Shown: piece after piece, positions 36,292-51,298 of the stretch
How positions within the stretch are numbered: position 1 is the stretch's first letter
How the letters are laid out: each line of letters opens with the position of its first letter
Assembly: GCA_037379345.1 (NCBI GenBank)
Contig: CM074515.1
Coordinates: forward strand, 14,508,001 to 14,572,000
Origin: Perna viridis
Lineage: Eukaryota
Length of the DNA stretch: 64,000 nt
Reading direction: 5' to 3'
The notes under the pieces: generated by a model
What the model was told of the DNA's origin: nothing
Databases searched by the model: none
What the model saw: only the letters and a program-made list of their open reading frames with translations
Made by a program: the position numbers and the translations under genes

Positions 36292-39200
36292 TTACAAATT
36301 GCTTTCTCTAAACACTGGAAGGCCATCTATATAAGTTAACTGAAAAATGCCTATCTATTTGAGAACCGACAGGCATGCAACTAGACTTTCTACCCTAATT
36401 ACATGTATTTCATAACCCTTATCCATTACAAACAACTAAAACAAAACGAAACTCAAATGACATTCACTATAACACATAAAAACTAGATATACTGTTAGCA
36501 ACTTCACATCGAAAATCTCAGAACTTTAAGTGGACATGTTGAACCCTTAAATTGGATGATCTTCCTCTGCAGGTATCAGCCAATAATTATTGTCTTTCAT
36601 GAACACCTATATGTGATGCCTAAGCTCCCTATAAACTGGAGCAGCCACGGAATATTTGTGAACCAACAGACTGACAGACAGGGTGATCCCATACATACCT
36701 CCCTAAAATTCTTTGCACAGGAAAAATATTAATATATTAACCATGTGAGCAATGAAGATTGCTTCCATTTTAAAAAGATGATACAAAAGTGGCAACAACA
36801 ATTAATGACCATAATAAAATAAACCTTTCTGTTAAAAAAAATGTTATTCTATGAAGTTGCAATGTGTAAATACAAGAAGAGTTCAAGCATCATCAGCAGA
36901 TTTTAATTAACTTGAAGCGATTTAGACAAATACAAAGATAACACCTTATTTCCTTGACCTTGAAACATAAAAAAAAACAGTGCAGACAATATCTATCCAA
37001 TATACAAAAGTCAAAGACCGAATTTGCAGCTTACTAACAAGTGATTTTTAGGTGTAGATCATGAGGGTACAGTATTTTACGTTTGCAAAGCATCTCAATC
37101 AGTTTACTAGTTAAAAATTTGTACATGACCTCATAAATTTGTCTATGGAGCATTTTAAACATCCTAAATGGCTCAGTTCCATGTCCTATAGGTTCAGTTT
37201 TAACACTTTTTAATGACAAAATGTTTAATACTTCATAATGAAAATAGAGAAAGTACTTATTGTATTAAACATCAATCTCTTACAGAATACAGGTGTAGAC
37301 AACTGCTATCTAATGATGTTAAAAAGCTATCTAAAATGCTAGGAAAACAGCCTTGCCCCTTCATCTTAACTGTGAATGAGAATGGCATTATGTTTTGTAA
37401 TTTGATAAAATTATGTAATATCCAAGCACTGTCTTTTGAAGAAAGCGATAATAATCTTAGCATGACCCTGCTTATCAAATCAAGCTTAGAGTTTCTGCTT
37501 TATGTATGCCTTAAAATACATTAACTTTATCAAGTAAAATTCACCAAATCAGTAGGACTGATTTTCAATTTAGAAAAGATAATTGAAAAAGAGAAAATTG
37601 ATTTTTAAACTACTAAACAAAATTCTGTCACCAGATATGGAAACTGTGCAGTTTATAATTCAATCAAAATGTTAACTAAGACTGCCATTTTTCTTAAAAA
37701 CTCAGAGACTTTTCTAAATTAATCATAACAGTTGTCTCCTAACTGATTGGAATTCATAATTAAATGAAATTTGATTGTTATCAAAATCAGCACAAAACTG
37801 ACAGTAGAAGTACTTAGAAAATCTAATCACTATGACAAAATCTAGGTTGATATAGAAGTAGAACTTGGTTATTATACCATATAACATCAGTATCCTATTT
37901 TCTTTTGACACATCTTTATATAAGTTTAAAAGAATGATATGACAAGGTCAAAATAACCATCCAGCTGTCAACATTACTTGGTCCTAGTTTTATATATGGC
38001 TTGATGCTTCCTCTAGAAGGAAAAGGCTTCATGGTTTTTATACCTTATCTCCTTAAAATCAAGTTAAGTATATTCTGTGCCAGATCCAAATGTCATTTTA
38101 AGAGCCAGTCTTCTAGCCATTTGTTTTAAGTAAAGTGTGTTTCAAATTGAGAATGTTAAAGAGCCAAGTGTTATTAGAGACATCTTCCAATAACACAAAT
38201 GTCCCCTAACAGCTCCTGTGATTTATTCAATCAATTAACAAGAGCTGTTCGAATGACTGAAGAGAGCATTGTGACAAACTACACATCCACTTTGCTAAAT
38301 TAAAAAAGGCGTGAATTTGCTAAGTTTGCAGCTTAGGAACCCTAGAATCCATCAAGCTATTGTGACAATAATGCAGTGTTAAATTACAATTACAGAGCAC
38401 TAAATACATTGCCCTGAGGAAATTAAACATCTAGTTTCTAATGACTTGGATTTTACTGGGTCTTGAGCAAGATGATCAATCAGCATTAAGAAATGTAGTA
38501 CAGCAGCCTAGAGCATTTGAATTCTAAGATCATTATTGAGAATTCAAATTTCTTCAGGATGATTCTATATCCATGTAATATTTGTCAGATATTGCCAAGT
38601 TGGCTTCTGAGGGAAGATTATTTAACAAGGAAGTAAATTAATGGATGTACCTTATAAAACGAAGGAATCTTCGGTTCTAATCTTTATAATTCATCACGAT
38701 TGTAAACACTCTAAACTCTGTCCAAAGTACCGAAAGTTCAATATCTCTTCAATTGTAGGGAATTCTTATATTTTTTTTCATCTATAAAAAGTGATAACCA
38801 TACCTATTCTTTGATCAAATTTAAATGAAATATAATATTATAGAGGAAATATTTCTACCAGTCAGCTTATGATGTATTCAATAAATTGAAATTTGTTTGC
38901 AAGCAATAAAGATGGATATTTTAACACTTATAATATCCAATCAGACTGAGGAGCAATTGACTGATCTAAGTAAACTCAGACATTAGTATAATGCACTGTA
39001 AATAACAAGAAATCTATGAAATTCAGATTTGCAAATTGAAAGTTAAGGATACCAATTCTGTAAATTTTTTTTTTGGCAATGAAAAACTAGTCTGGACAAT
39101 CAAGCAACTTTTCCTTTTCTTTCTTCTATTATCTAATTGACCAAATGACAAAACCTACTGTTTCCAAATGGTTCAATCTATGTGTAAATTTATCATTTTC

Positions 39201-40788
39201 TGAGAATCAATGTTCAGACAGTGTGCCTGATTGCCACTGACAACTTTATAAATGAAGCAATTCATATCATGAATGATTCCATTCCTGGAGCTTTTACACC
39301 GATTTCTCCAGTAATCTTTACACTAGGATGGAAGGACAGGGATTAATCCATAGACAACAACTGTATTCATGAAAACCATTAATTTACATTATAATCTCTA
39401 AACTAACAATATTCAGAGTGGTGGTGACTTAACGGTCCTACAAAGTGTCCCTAATCACCTGATAAATCAGCTCATTTAGAAACCACAAGTTCTAACTACT
39501 GTTTAAATTTGCATGAATATAACAGAAAGTTTGTCTGTCTGTTCTGGTAATCATTTACAATTCTGTAAACAGGACTGGCGATTTTATGACAAGTCATTTC
39601 CATAGCTTAAAAACAATAACATTGTTTACTCCTCCTTAGTGTCAATATTTCAGCTCTTTACAGAAAGTTTTCTGCTTACAGTATTTTTATGGCTCCACTA
39701 AATGACAACAATTAACATAAGAAGAAGACAAACAATTTACCTTATTAAACAATAAATGCAAATATCAGCAAAAGATTTTGCAATAATTGTATTACAGGCT
39801 ATCAAAGGTCATCAGACAGAGAAATGGGAAATTAGAACATCCTTAATATGCAAATAATGTTAAATACATTGGGACATAGAAATGATCCCATGCTGGCAGT
39901 TAACAATCAGATGAAGGAAAAATGAAAGGATTCAAATTATCATGGCCTTTTCTACCAGGTCAATCATAATTCATTTTGTGATAACACATGTAAACTATTG
40001 GTATATTTAAGATGGGATCAAACATCTTAATAAACCAGAACTATGTTAATGAGCACTAATAATTACCTCTATTTTCATCATAAAATTATATACCAAATGC
40101 CATGAAAAAACAAAACTGCAGCTATAGGTACATGTAGCAATATAAATTATATCCTCCATTAATTAAAGTATAAAGGCATCCAAATCCCATAACTCCATCA
40201 AAATGGATTAATAGACCCAAGATTTCATTGTTTGTTTGTTACATGTATAACTGTATTACAAACATTGTATATACTAGTGCATGTATTATAGCCTTCCATG
40301 CCTTTTTAATACAAATCCTGTTTTTCTTTTCTACTCCATACAAAAGAGTGAGGTAACTTCAACATACATGTATGCTATTATTGACAAGAAATCCATGCTT
40401 TTAAGAAATAAGGATCAATCTCCCGTATAAGTAGGAATTAAATACATCAACTTAATTTGCAATTTTAATTTTTTTTTCCGTACACATCTAATATAACTTC
40501 TAGACAATATGATCTTATTGCATGTACATTACAAATCAATAATTTGATGATCTAACGGACCAATTTAACTCCCAGCGGAAGTTTGGTGTCAAATAACTAC
40601 TTAAGTGAGGAAAACTACTTAACCCAACACTTGAATTTCATCAACTATAACAGGCTCAGCTGTCACTCAATTTGGACCTGTATGTTCTAATTGTCTACCA
40701 TGTATTAACTTGGGTTGAACAGAAGTATGTCCCATTGGGATGATGGTCTTCATGATGTATAACTGAGCATCCCAAGAATCTAAAGCTT

Positions 40789-40930
40789 AAACTTACAAAT
40801 GACAGGTATACTGAGACCTTACTAACTCAGCCTTATATACCCATTTCAAGATAAAGAGATAAACTTACAAATGACAGCTACAGACCTTACTAACTCAGCC
40901 TTATATACCCATTTCAAGATAAAGAGATAA
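40789..40930. repeat. ~70-bp tandem duplication (2 copies)
   Basis: aaacttacaaatgacag...agaccttactaactcagccttatatacccatttcaagataaagagat occurs twice. Confidence 0.85.
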
Positions 40931-41498
40931 TGTCATTTCTTTTCAGCCTAAATAATAACAAGATGTTGTGAATAATATTCCCCAAATAAAATCATGGACT
41001 TGTTGCAGCATATACTGATCAACATCTGTTTATTGAAACTACAAAAAATAAACAAAGGGGACATGTACATGTGTATTTGCATGCACCAATATCTGGCACT
41101 AGTGAAAATTATATTTTACCTAGAAATGCTACTTTTGGCATACTTTTGCACTACAGGTCTCAGAATTTGTCTGATTTTTGCATGGTAACACCATCTGCAT
41201 GCAAGACCAACATTAAACTGTGAGGTTTGAATGCGTTTTTTATCCAGAAATATTGGACAAATACTTTGAAAAACAGAATATTTTGAAAAGTTGACTAGGA
41301 ATAATAATTATTGACTAATGTTCGAATATTAGCCAAAATGTGATAAAAACTGCCAATACAATACAAAATAATGAAGTGCCCCAATTATGAATTTAGCCAT
41401 CTAATACAGCTTTTACTCATCCATTACAACATACATTGTATTGGACTGATTAAAATCCATATTAGCTTATGATATATTGAACTAGTTAGTCAATAAAG

Positions 41499-41620
41499 GT
41501 ATAACTGCATAAGGTTTTCCATATTAGCTGAGTTATTGGTCTTCGACTAACCATACTGGATTTCAGCTACGCCTCAAAACAATAAACTAAGCCAGTATGG
41601 AAAACCTTATGCAATAATAC
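41499..41620. mobile_element. Small foldback/MITE-like inverted repeat
   Basis: tgcataaggttttccata ... tatggaaaaccttatgca, with imperfect extension. Confidence 0.65.
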
Positions 41621-42167
41621 TGTAATATTGAGAAAAAAAGTGTGTTTCTCCCCAAATTGGTTAACTTCAGACATTTTGGCTACATATTCTGTCCATTGAT
41701 ATGTTGATTTGAAAACATCTATTTTGACAAATTTGATAACAATACTCCTTCATCTTTATAATATAATAAACAAATTTATTTTATGAGTGATTTATTTCCA
41801 CTAATTTCTCAAGAAAAAAAAAAAAACTGAAAATTAATTGTTGTCTATAAGTCACATTGTAATGGATTACATAGTCAAATGTACATTCTGTCAGCTGTGA
41901 AAAAATAAAGTGGAATTGAATTGAAATTCTTCAACATCAAAATATGATGGTTTTCAGTAAGTCCATGTATTGATTATAGCTGATAGTAAATATCTAAAAA
42001 AAAAAATACTGAAGATTCAAATAAGAAGGACAATTCAAAGAAATAAAAATACTTGACCAAAAAATGGAAATCCACAAACAAAAAGTAGCTATTAACAGAA
42101 TAAAATACAATTACATATAAAAACAGAAATGAGAAAACAATACAGCAAATAATAAACTAAATAAGAA

Positions 42168-42922
42168 CTCCCAGAAATAAACAAGGAGTGACATCTGGTG
42201 CCCAAGAAGGGTAAGTATGTCCTGCTCAAACTCCCAGAAATAAACAAGGAGTGACATCTGGTGCCCAAGATGGGTAAGTATGTCCTGCTCAAACTCCCAG
42301 AAATAAATAAGGAGTGACATCTGATGCCCAAGAAGGGTAAGTATGTCCTGCTCAAACTCCAACAAAATAACAAGGAGTGACATCTGGTAACTGAGAAGGG
42401 TAAGTATGTCCTGCTCAAACTCCAACAAAATAACAAGGAGTGACATCTGGTGCCTGAGAAGGGTATGTATATCCTGCTCAAACTCCAACAAAATAACAAG
42501 GAGTGACATCTGGTGCCTGAGAAGGGTAAGTATGTGCTGCTCAAACTCCTACAAAATAACAAGGAGTAACATCTGGTGCCTGAGAAGGGTAAGTATGTGC
42601 TGCTCAAACTTCTAGAAAATAACAAGGAGTGACATCTGGTGCCCAAGAAGGGTAAGTATGTCCTGCTCAAACTTCTAGAAAATAACAAGGAGTGACATCT
42701 GGTGCCTGAGAAGGGTAAGTATGCGCTGCTCAAACTCCTAGAAAATAACAAGGAGGGACATCTGGTGCCCAAGAAGGGTAAGTATGTCCTGCTCAAACTC
42801 CTAGAAAATAACAAGGAGTGACATCTGGTGCCTGAGAAGGGTAAGTATGTGCTGCTCAAACTCCTAGAAAATAACAAGGAGGGACATCTGGTGCCCAAGA
42901 AGGGAAAGTATGTCCTGCTCAA
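42168..42922. repeat. 63-bp minisatellite, about 12 copies
   Basis: Unit ctcc(c/t)agaaaataacaaggagtgacatctggtgcc(c/t)(a/g)agaagggtaagtatgtcctgctcaaa. It accounts for the 21-aa periodic ORFs. Confidence 0.95.
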
Positions 42923-43001
42923 GTAACATGATAGTGAAGCAACAACATTGGGAGAATGCCAATTAACAACAACCCTAGAAACTAAAGAAGATGCTTACAG
43001 T

Positions 43002-43407
<406 letters not shown>

Positions 43408-43870
43408 TTACAGAAGTAAAAAAATGCCAGATCAAGTTAACAACGCATGACATCTAAAATAACACTACAGTCCAGAAATAAAGTAAAATGGGATGTCTAG
43501 CTCAGCACTTTTTAATAAGAACCAATTGAAATTCTTGTTAAAACAACCCTTAATTAATATATGTGTCACAATGTACTAAATGGAATGCTATTATTTTCAG
43601 CTGGCTGTAAGCACATTTAGCACATTACATACTGGACTGAAGGACAGAACTGCTATAATGATGATGTGGTTGAACTTATATTGAAATATTTGCCAATGAA
43701 TGTTAACTAAAATCTATCAATATTCACAAGAAATGTGTTGAGATCTAAGACAATAGCTACTAGATCATGAACACTTTTGTATCTCATTTCAATTAGGTCA
43801 ACAGAAATACATAGTTAATATAAGATTGCATCCATTAATTAATTTTACTTTTTGTGTAGTTCATGGTTAC

Positions 43871-43941
43871 CTGATGAAGGGCAGTTAATCCATCTTCATT
43901 TGTGACATCTGGGTTAACTCCTTGGTTTAGCAACTTTCTCA
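43871..43941 (-). CDS. PPP1R16A: PPP1R16A/B-like coding exon 2 (VRKLLNQGVNPDVTNEDGLTALHQ)
   Basis: NEDGLTALHQ is the MYPT-family motif. Canonical splice sites, phase 1 in, phase 0 out. Confidence 0.95.
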
Positions 43942-44427
43942 CTGAAAAAAAAAGAAAAAACATTTCATGATACGGGGAACTTAATTTAACTTAAACTTTA
44001 TTTTTCTACATCAATTTAAGGAAAGTGCTCTGTATTAATTACAACATAGACGAGGGGGGAAATGTTGGTTATGTAAACAAACACATTTTAGCAGACTCTT
44101 TCATTCATGTTTCAGTATATCTTACAAATATTGACAGTATATCATTGCCACTGTATCAGCCAAAGGTACAGAAATGGCCATGAATTTGGCGATTGTTCAA
44201 AACAATGTAATTTTGTTATTCTACATCCTTGTAGTGTAACAAACATTATGGAAGTTGATCTACAGCAAATATAACAAGATGTTGCACACTACATCATGCT
44301 AAGAATACCCACACTCAACAATTCTGTCAAACCTGGAAACAAGAGAGACAGTGCAAATTATCTTATGAAACCAATACAGTTTACCAACTATCTAAGCATG
44401 GAAGTATAATATCTAGACATTATAGTA

Positions 44428-44768
44428 GGGTAGGGTCCGGCAATTTGGCCTCCTGAGGCAGAGCGCAAAGGTTCCTACTTCTATTGAATACCACAGCAGG
44501 GTTCTTTGACGCGTGAGGAAAGTGTTAAATTTCCCAACACGGTGCACCACTATGGTTTGCGGTCAGGTTTTCCGTACTATAGCCTGACAACCCCAGCATG
44601 TAACATGCCAGGAGTACACCATTCCACCACCTGAGGCACACATACCAGTTGCTCAGTGAGCAGAGCACCTAGCCCCAGGCTAGGTTTCTGAGCACTATTT
44701 AGTTGCCTTTTATGACAAGCTTAAGGCTGCTACAGGCCTATTCTTTTGACACCCGGACCTCAACGGGG
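44428..44768 (-). mobile_element. SINE-like short retroposon, copy A (tail missing)
   Basis: Its reverse complement aligns over ~340 bp with 51300-51638. GC-rich relative to the flanks. Confidence 0.8.
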
Positions 44769-45332
44769 TCCGGACTGAGAATTATATCATCATGTGTTGC
44801 CTTTAGCAATCAAATATTACAGAGATACCAGTACATGTTAGTGATAAACAGCTGCTTAGCCAATCCCCATTTATTTTATTTTTTTTCAAATCAGGAACCA
44901 ATGAAAATGAAAGGGAAGATTTTTTTCTGTAATGGGTGCAACTTTTGTTCATATACATATAGATATTGAAGATAGTTTATTCCAGTCAAAATGTCGCTAA
45001 AAGACAGAGTACAGTCCCAATCTTCATCAATGTATGAAAATGAGAGGGCCACTTCACTTCGCTTTTTGGTGTTGTCTAAGGGCAAAATGTGCAACACTAG
45101 GGCATATTTTGCCCAAATCACCAAGTAGTGCGAGCCCTCCACAAAGGTGTAAATAGAACATGTACAATTCCACAAAGTATTTCTGAGTTATTGTACAATG
45201 TGTGAACAGGGAATATGGTTATATCATAATAGGACAAAATATGGGTGTGTAATGGCGAACACTATATATCTATCATAAAAACAGAGAATGTGCTATTAAA
45301 ACTCCTACTCCTTAATTTAATATCAAACATAC

Positions 45333-45582
45333 CATCTTCTACATCTCCTCTAGCTGCAGATTCTAACAGCATTATGTTACCACGAAATTTCACCCTTGGT
45401 CGTCGTTTCTTGCCTGTTCCTTTTTTTATTTTCTTGGCATGCTCTTTGTCCACTTGTTTCTCATAATTTGCGAATTTTTTCAATTGATGACTTCGTCTCT
45501 TTTTAGCATGCTTGAGACGTTCTTGTGTACTCATTTTTTCCACCATGGGAATCTCTAGTACTAAATCGTTGTGGTCTGCCAT
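45333..45582 (-). CDS. PPP1R16A: PPP1R16A/B-like first coding exon (N-terminus with RVKF PP1-binding motif)
   Basis: MADHNDLVLEIPMVEKMSTQERLKHAKKRRSHQLKKF...RPRVKF..NIMLLESAARGDVED matches the MYPT3/TIMAP N-terminus. Donor g|GTatgt. Confidence 0.93.
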
Positions 45583-45806
45583 TTTTAATGTTATTTATAA
45601 TCCCAGAAAAATTTACAACTTGAGATATCTATAGGTAATTAAGTATATCCTTTCAGAACTAATAGAGAAATTTAGCAGTACTTTTTATCCTTCATCCATA
45701 GTGCATAACAAATTTGATTCTGTCACCACAAAGCCATCTTAACTTGTATCCTACACCATATCCCATAGTGGTACAGTAACCCACCAATCAAGTAAGGATG
45801 TTTAAT
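45583..45806 (-). other. 5' UTR portion of the start-codon exon
   Basis: Acceptor gttattctttattgcAG at 45808-45807 implies an upstream non-coding exon, which I could not locate. Confidence 0.55.
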
Positions 45807-48800
45807 CTGCAATAAAGAATAACAATAAATTTAATAATGATATCAAGTTTCAATGAAAGTATTCACACATTTTGATATGTGTTCAAAAAATATAAATTCC
45901 AGTCAATATTCGTAGTTTCACAAAACCTCACAAGTAAAAAAGCATGAAATTTCTACCATGAATAATTATAAATTTAGTCAACACAGATGAGAACATATTG
46001 ACTTGAATTGTTACCAATTTCTAAAACTTGTGTACATGTAACATGCTTCCTACTACATATTTAATACTATATTCTACATAGCAGCACTGCATGCAGAATT
46101 TCACTCAAACCCCTACAGCAAAATAATATTCATATTTGAGTGATGTTTTAAACTATCTTTAAAAAAAATGAGAAGAAATAGGAGTTTGCAGGGACAAACA
46201 GAAATAAAGCTAATTCATGGGGGCAAATTTCTTCATTTCTAAAATATATCCAATACACATTCCTCCTTAGATATTGTGAAAAATTTGTACAATTTCTATT
46301 TATAGTTTTAAAAAAAAATATTTGTTTTGCTACCAGTTTAACTGCAATTGCCCAGGTGCCCAGGCTTTGGCTATGAGGGAGAGCTATTTGAACTCAAATG
46401 TGACTTAATGATAATGCCCCAGTATGCTGTTATATTGCTGATATCCCAACCAATGGGAGACTTCATACAGCACATGTAGTATGTCTGCAATAAAAGTTCA
46501 AACAATCACTTCCTAACTGCATATGTTATTTCTAATTTATGTCATGTCCAACAAAGATTTTGAGCTATTGATGTTTCAGAACATCTACATATATAGGATG
46601 TCACTGACATAAAGTATACAGGGGAAGATCTAAGGCATAATCATAGCATATCTGCTATTGGCTACCGCCTGTTTGGTTCTTACAAGTACCAGTAAAAGAA
46701 TGTAGATCATTCCTTAAATGAAACAACCTCATACATGTTAACCTTTGGAAGAGCTAATGTGAATGATACTCCCATTGTCACTTTAATTTTAACTTCCCTC
46801 ATATCTTTAATTTTTATGTGTGAAGTTGTAAATTTTTCATTGATTTTGCAGAAGTCTACCCCGCCATAATATGGGAGGGTTAACATTAATGCTACATACA
46901 TGTATAGAAAAGAATACAGGATTTAATATCTAGTTGACTTATATATTCTAATTCCTACATCAGGAGAGCACCATGATTTACCCTATGGATTTAGACTGAG
47001 ATAGAAAAACAGGTCAATGATTTATTCGTACTTAGAGAGTACAAAGTCTATTTGTTTTTTGGACATGAAAAATCAATAAATCCTGTCTTCCAGTTTCACT
47101 AGAATCCCTTTGAAGATTGAAACCATCATGATGTTAATTTGATTCTATTACACAACTACCATCAAAATAGACTTCAAAGCTACCCCTTAGTGTACTTCTG
47201 TTCCAAGTATGAAGTAATATCAACTAATAATGAAAAATGAGCATAAAATTCCTCACAAAATATGTAGTCATCACTCAGAAACTTATTGTTAATGCAGACA
47301 AGTTTTGTTCAGTAAGAGTTCATGTAGCTGAGGTATATGATTTGGGAAGATTAATGAGTATTGTTTCCAAATAATTCAAAGTAAATTGTTAGTCTTTTTA
47401 GAGTCACTTCCCTTCTTTAATTGAAATTCACTATAATGAAAGTACTTCTGAAAATGCTGATAGACATAAACCTTTTTGACAACACAGCAATTTCTACTTT
47501 TAGTCTTAATCATATTAATATAATGAGTTGTACAATGAGTATCCTATGATATTTGATGTACAGCCATTGATACAATGTATTACTATTACATGCAAATACA
47601 ATCATTAATGCTAAATTGATAGATTCACTTTACATCTCAGAAGGAATAATTTATTTATGGCAATTTTAAGCAGATGTCTTTTCTAGTCCAAGGTTAACTG
47701 ATCCATTTGGCAACTGAGGGCAGTAATACAATGTTCCCAACACATTAGTATTGTGGAGAACTTAAAATTTTCTCAGGAAGGAGACTTCATTACAATGAGA
47801 ACTTGTTTACAAGATGTTGTTTAGTAAACCTTATATGATTGTTGCTAGGAACAGTAGAATGACAAATCAGTAATTCATATCATGATAATGTCAAAATGTT
47901 TAAGTAACTACACCACAAGCGCATGTTTTTGACAAGTCAAGCTCTAAGGCTTTTTTACATTTGTATTATAGCTTGCATGTATTTAAAAACTCATATTAAC
48001 TTCACAAAATGCCGAGTAATTTATATCCAAATTATAGAATTACTAGGTTAAGTCCTCAAAAAAATATGTGTGATTTGTTTTTTTTACCAGTACTTCATTG
48101 AACTTTATAGTGGAAGTACGAAAACCCATGGAGTTCATTTTTGTAGACCAGTTCAGAATATACAAAATTCTATGATTTATTGATTTTATGAAACAGTAAC
48201 TTGTACCTAAAGTCTAAGATCTAAAGTGAGAGACAGATTCAAGAAAAAGACCAAATACAACTTTAGTTTAGTCTCCACTGCCTTAGTCACTCACTCATAC
48301 TAGAAATATCTGATATTCAAAAGACAAGCCAAGACATCTCCAAATGAACACCAAATACCAAAACATTTACACAATGTAAATCAAAGGAAAACCCTCTGAG
48401 CATAACATGCATACCTAAAAATCACTTTAAATCATAAAATCATGAAATTGTAGTAGAAAAAAATGAACTGAGCCAGTTTTATGACAAACTTTGGTGACAA
48501 AGTACAAAAAGTATATCAAGTAAGCTGATATGAAACCTGTGTAACTTGAGGAAGAACATCCTCTGACATAATGTTTACATGTTAAGTTATAGCCTTTACA
48601 ATGTCCTAACATATATATCAATCACATTCTATCTACATAACAGTGTTTACATCCCCTTAAATCTCATCCTACATGTTAGTGTATTCAGTTTTAAATTTCT
48701 CATAAATAAAAGATCTATATCAGAAAAAAATGGATATTTAACCAACCTTTCATGGTAAATAGTTGTCAGTAAAATTTTAGCCCTTAGAATGGGCAACACC

Positions 48801-51298
48801 AGTATCTGACTAATGTGTATTAAACAAAGAAACAAAACTATATGCTATTGGTTTCCTTCTACTTTAAATTTAAAATATGTTTAAAGCAATCAATCTGATC
48901 CAAAAACACGCAAATGAACAAATAAACCTGCATGCATGTATTATATAGTTACTTACATGCCATATACAGCTATATATAATCCTTTAATGTATAACAACCA
49001 TTCTGGTAGCAATGAAGTAACTAGATTGATCACAGAATTACTCAAAGACTTGAGACTCATGTCACTCAGTACCTGCTAATTATAGATTGTATGAAGTTCT
49101 ATGTAAAGCCAAGCTTATAATTAATAATAGCAAAAATAAGATGGAACTACCAGGAAGCTTGAGGCATCACATATATTCAACCATTTCCCACCTTTATCAT
49201 TACTGAATGATTTTACCTATCACTGAACTTCAGTTACAGGTACAAAAAACGCCAAATGATCAAGATAGCGGAAAAGCGAATACATTATTGGTTAAATTGT
49301 TATCAAGATCAATTAACCTCCCTAAATTGTTTCCAATAATCAGCAGTGGCCATTTTGTAAGAGAATGTGATTTATCAGTGCTAATACAATAATCACATCT
49401 GAGCATTCTTTATGATCATCACTCTACATTACCCCATTAAGATAAGTCATCCTATCAATAGCCATATCACTATTAATAAAGCAGTTAATCAGGATTTCAT
49501 GCCTCAACAATGGACTAAAGCTTTTAGGGTTTCATCTAGACATTTACTACTGTATAATTTTTGTTACATCTTGTCCTATAAAGATAGTCAGGTGACCTTT
49601 GGTTATAACCATCATCTTTGGTTAAGTGCTATGGTAATGTGCAGCAACCAGACTATACTGTTGAAGATACCAATATTACTTATAGCAATTCCCAGTGGTC
49701 TCTATTGATAGCAATAAGACACCTCGATAAAGTTACATCAGTTAAATATAACCACGATGACATTGGTTTTTCTAATGATGAATTTGGAAAAATATAAATA
49801 CTGAACACAATAACATTAACTGAGAAATGTTTCACAGGCCAATTTTTTTTTTTTAAATCATAATAATGTATCACCTAAAGATTCAATTTCATCCACTATT
49901 GAATCTGATCATTAATTCCAGAGATTTATTGATACAATACATATTTTCTTCACCATTTTATGTTGGTTTTTTCCCCGTTTTGGCTGATCTTGACACTTAT
50001 TTTCTTAGACTGTTAGACTATCGGTGTCTAAGCACTGGGAGATGATTTATGTGATTTGAGTTATTAAAACTTTTACTATTTCTTGGCCTTGGAGGTAATG
50101 AGACAGACAGAACATTCACACAAATGACATTCAGCAACACCCAAGGGGTCAACAAGCAATCACAAAGCTACATGACAGTTGTAATGTAAATTAAGGAAAT
50201 AAAACATACTAACTATATGCAATACCATCAAGTAGTAATCATTTTCTGAAATGATTACTTCATTATCTCATATCACCCTCAACATTGATGATTTCCAATT
50301 TGGTAAAACCATTCCATTGACAATGTTGATGTATAGATAAGGAATAGATGTTTTCATTAATTTTGTTGAGCAGAATACCAATCATTCATTACATCTTACA
50401 ATCTGTCAACACAAATGAACTTCCTTGGACCTCTTTACACAAATAGCTGGACTTTTCCCATCATTACTTTTCTATTTGTGCTTAAAAATAGGCAACTTCT
50501 CAAAATAACTTAAAAGAAAGGCAAAATGAAACTAGGTAACGCTAAACTATGAGCAAAGCTAACTAAGTGATACTCCCCTCTCCCCTCCTCAGACACCATA
50601 ACATCTAATCCCAAAAGTTATAAAAAGTCAGATGGAAGAACAATTACAGGCTCCAAGGAGACTTTTGTCACCTTGTTGTAAAGATCACAACATCAGTAGA
50701 AGATTTTTTCCTATCTATTATGGTTTTCAAAATATAGGCTAAAAACTGCAAAAATCATAATTTTTGGCCTTTCAAGAACAATAACTGTAACAAGGAATCA
50801 CCCTACATGTAGTAAGTCTTTCTCATTTTTTCAATACCTCATAGTTTTAGAGAGATGTACCTAAAAATCAGTCGTTTTAGCAAATTGTTTTAAACTGAAC
50901 AAATTTCCAACAACAATTTTTATGCAGGTTACCCTAAGGAACACTCATGTTTACTTTCATTGAAATCTGTCCACCAATTACATGTATGGAGAAGATGAAA
51001 AGGGAGGTGCAAAATGGCATCATGTGATTAAGAATTAGTGAACTAGAACTGGGAACAGACAGATAGATGATAAATGGAAGGACAAAATGATCACTATACA
51101 ACTCTACTTAGTTGGGTATAATAACAGTTGTTTGATGCCTTTAACCACTTTATATTTCAGGAGTACCAAATTGCATGCAACTAAAACTGCATACACTGAG
51201 CCTTGTATAGACAAAACATTCTGTTAGATTTACACCAGGAAGCATAACCAAACTAAGCCTCCCATTCAGTCAAATATGAGCCCCTGTAATGTATAGTT

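Noticed and set aside
42092-42922. 276-aa and 132-aa ORFs with 21-aa periodicity
   Set aside because: These are by-products of the 63-bp minisatellite inside an intron. There is no domain similarity or exon context.
44440-44490. gcctcctgaggc resembling the P3/L3 of an HDV-like ribozyme
   Set aside because: No matching P1/P2 partners were found, and it lies antisense to the element's inferred orientation.
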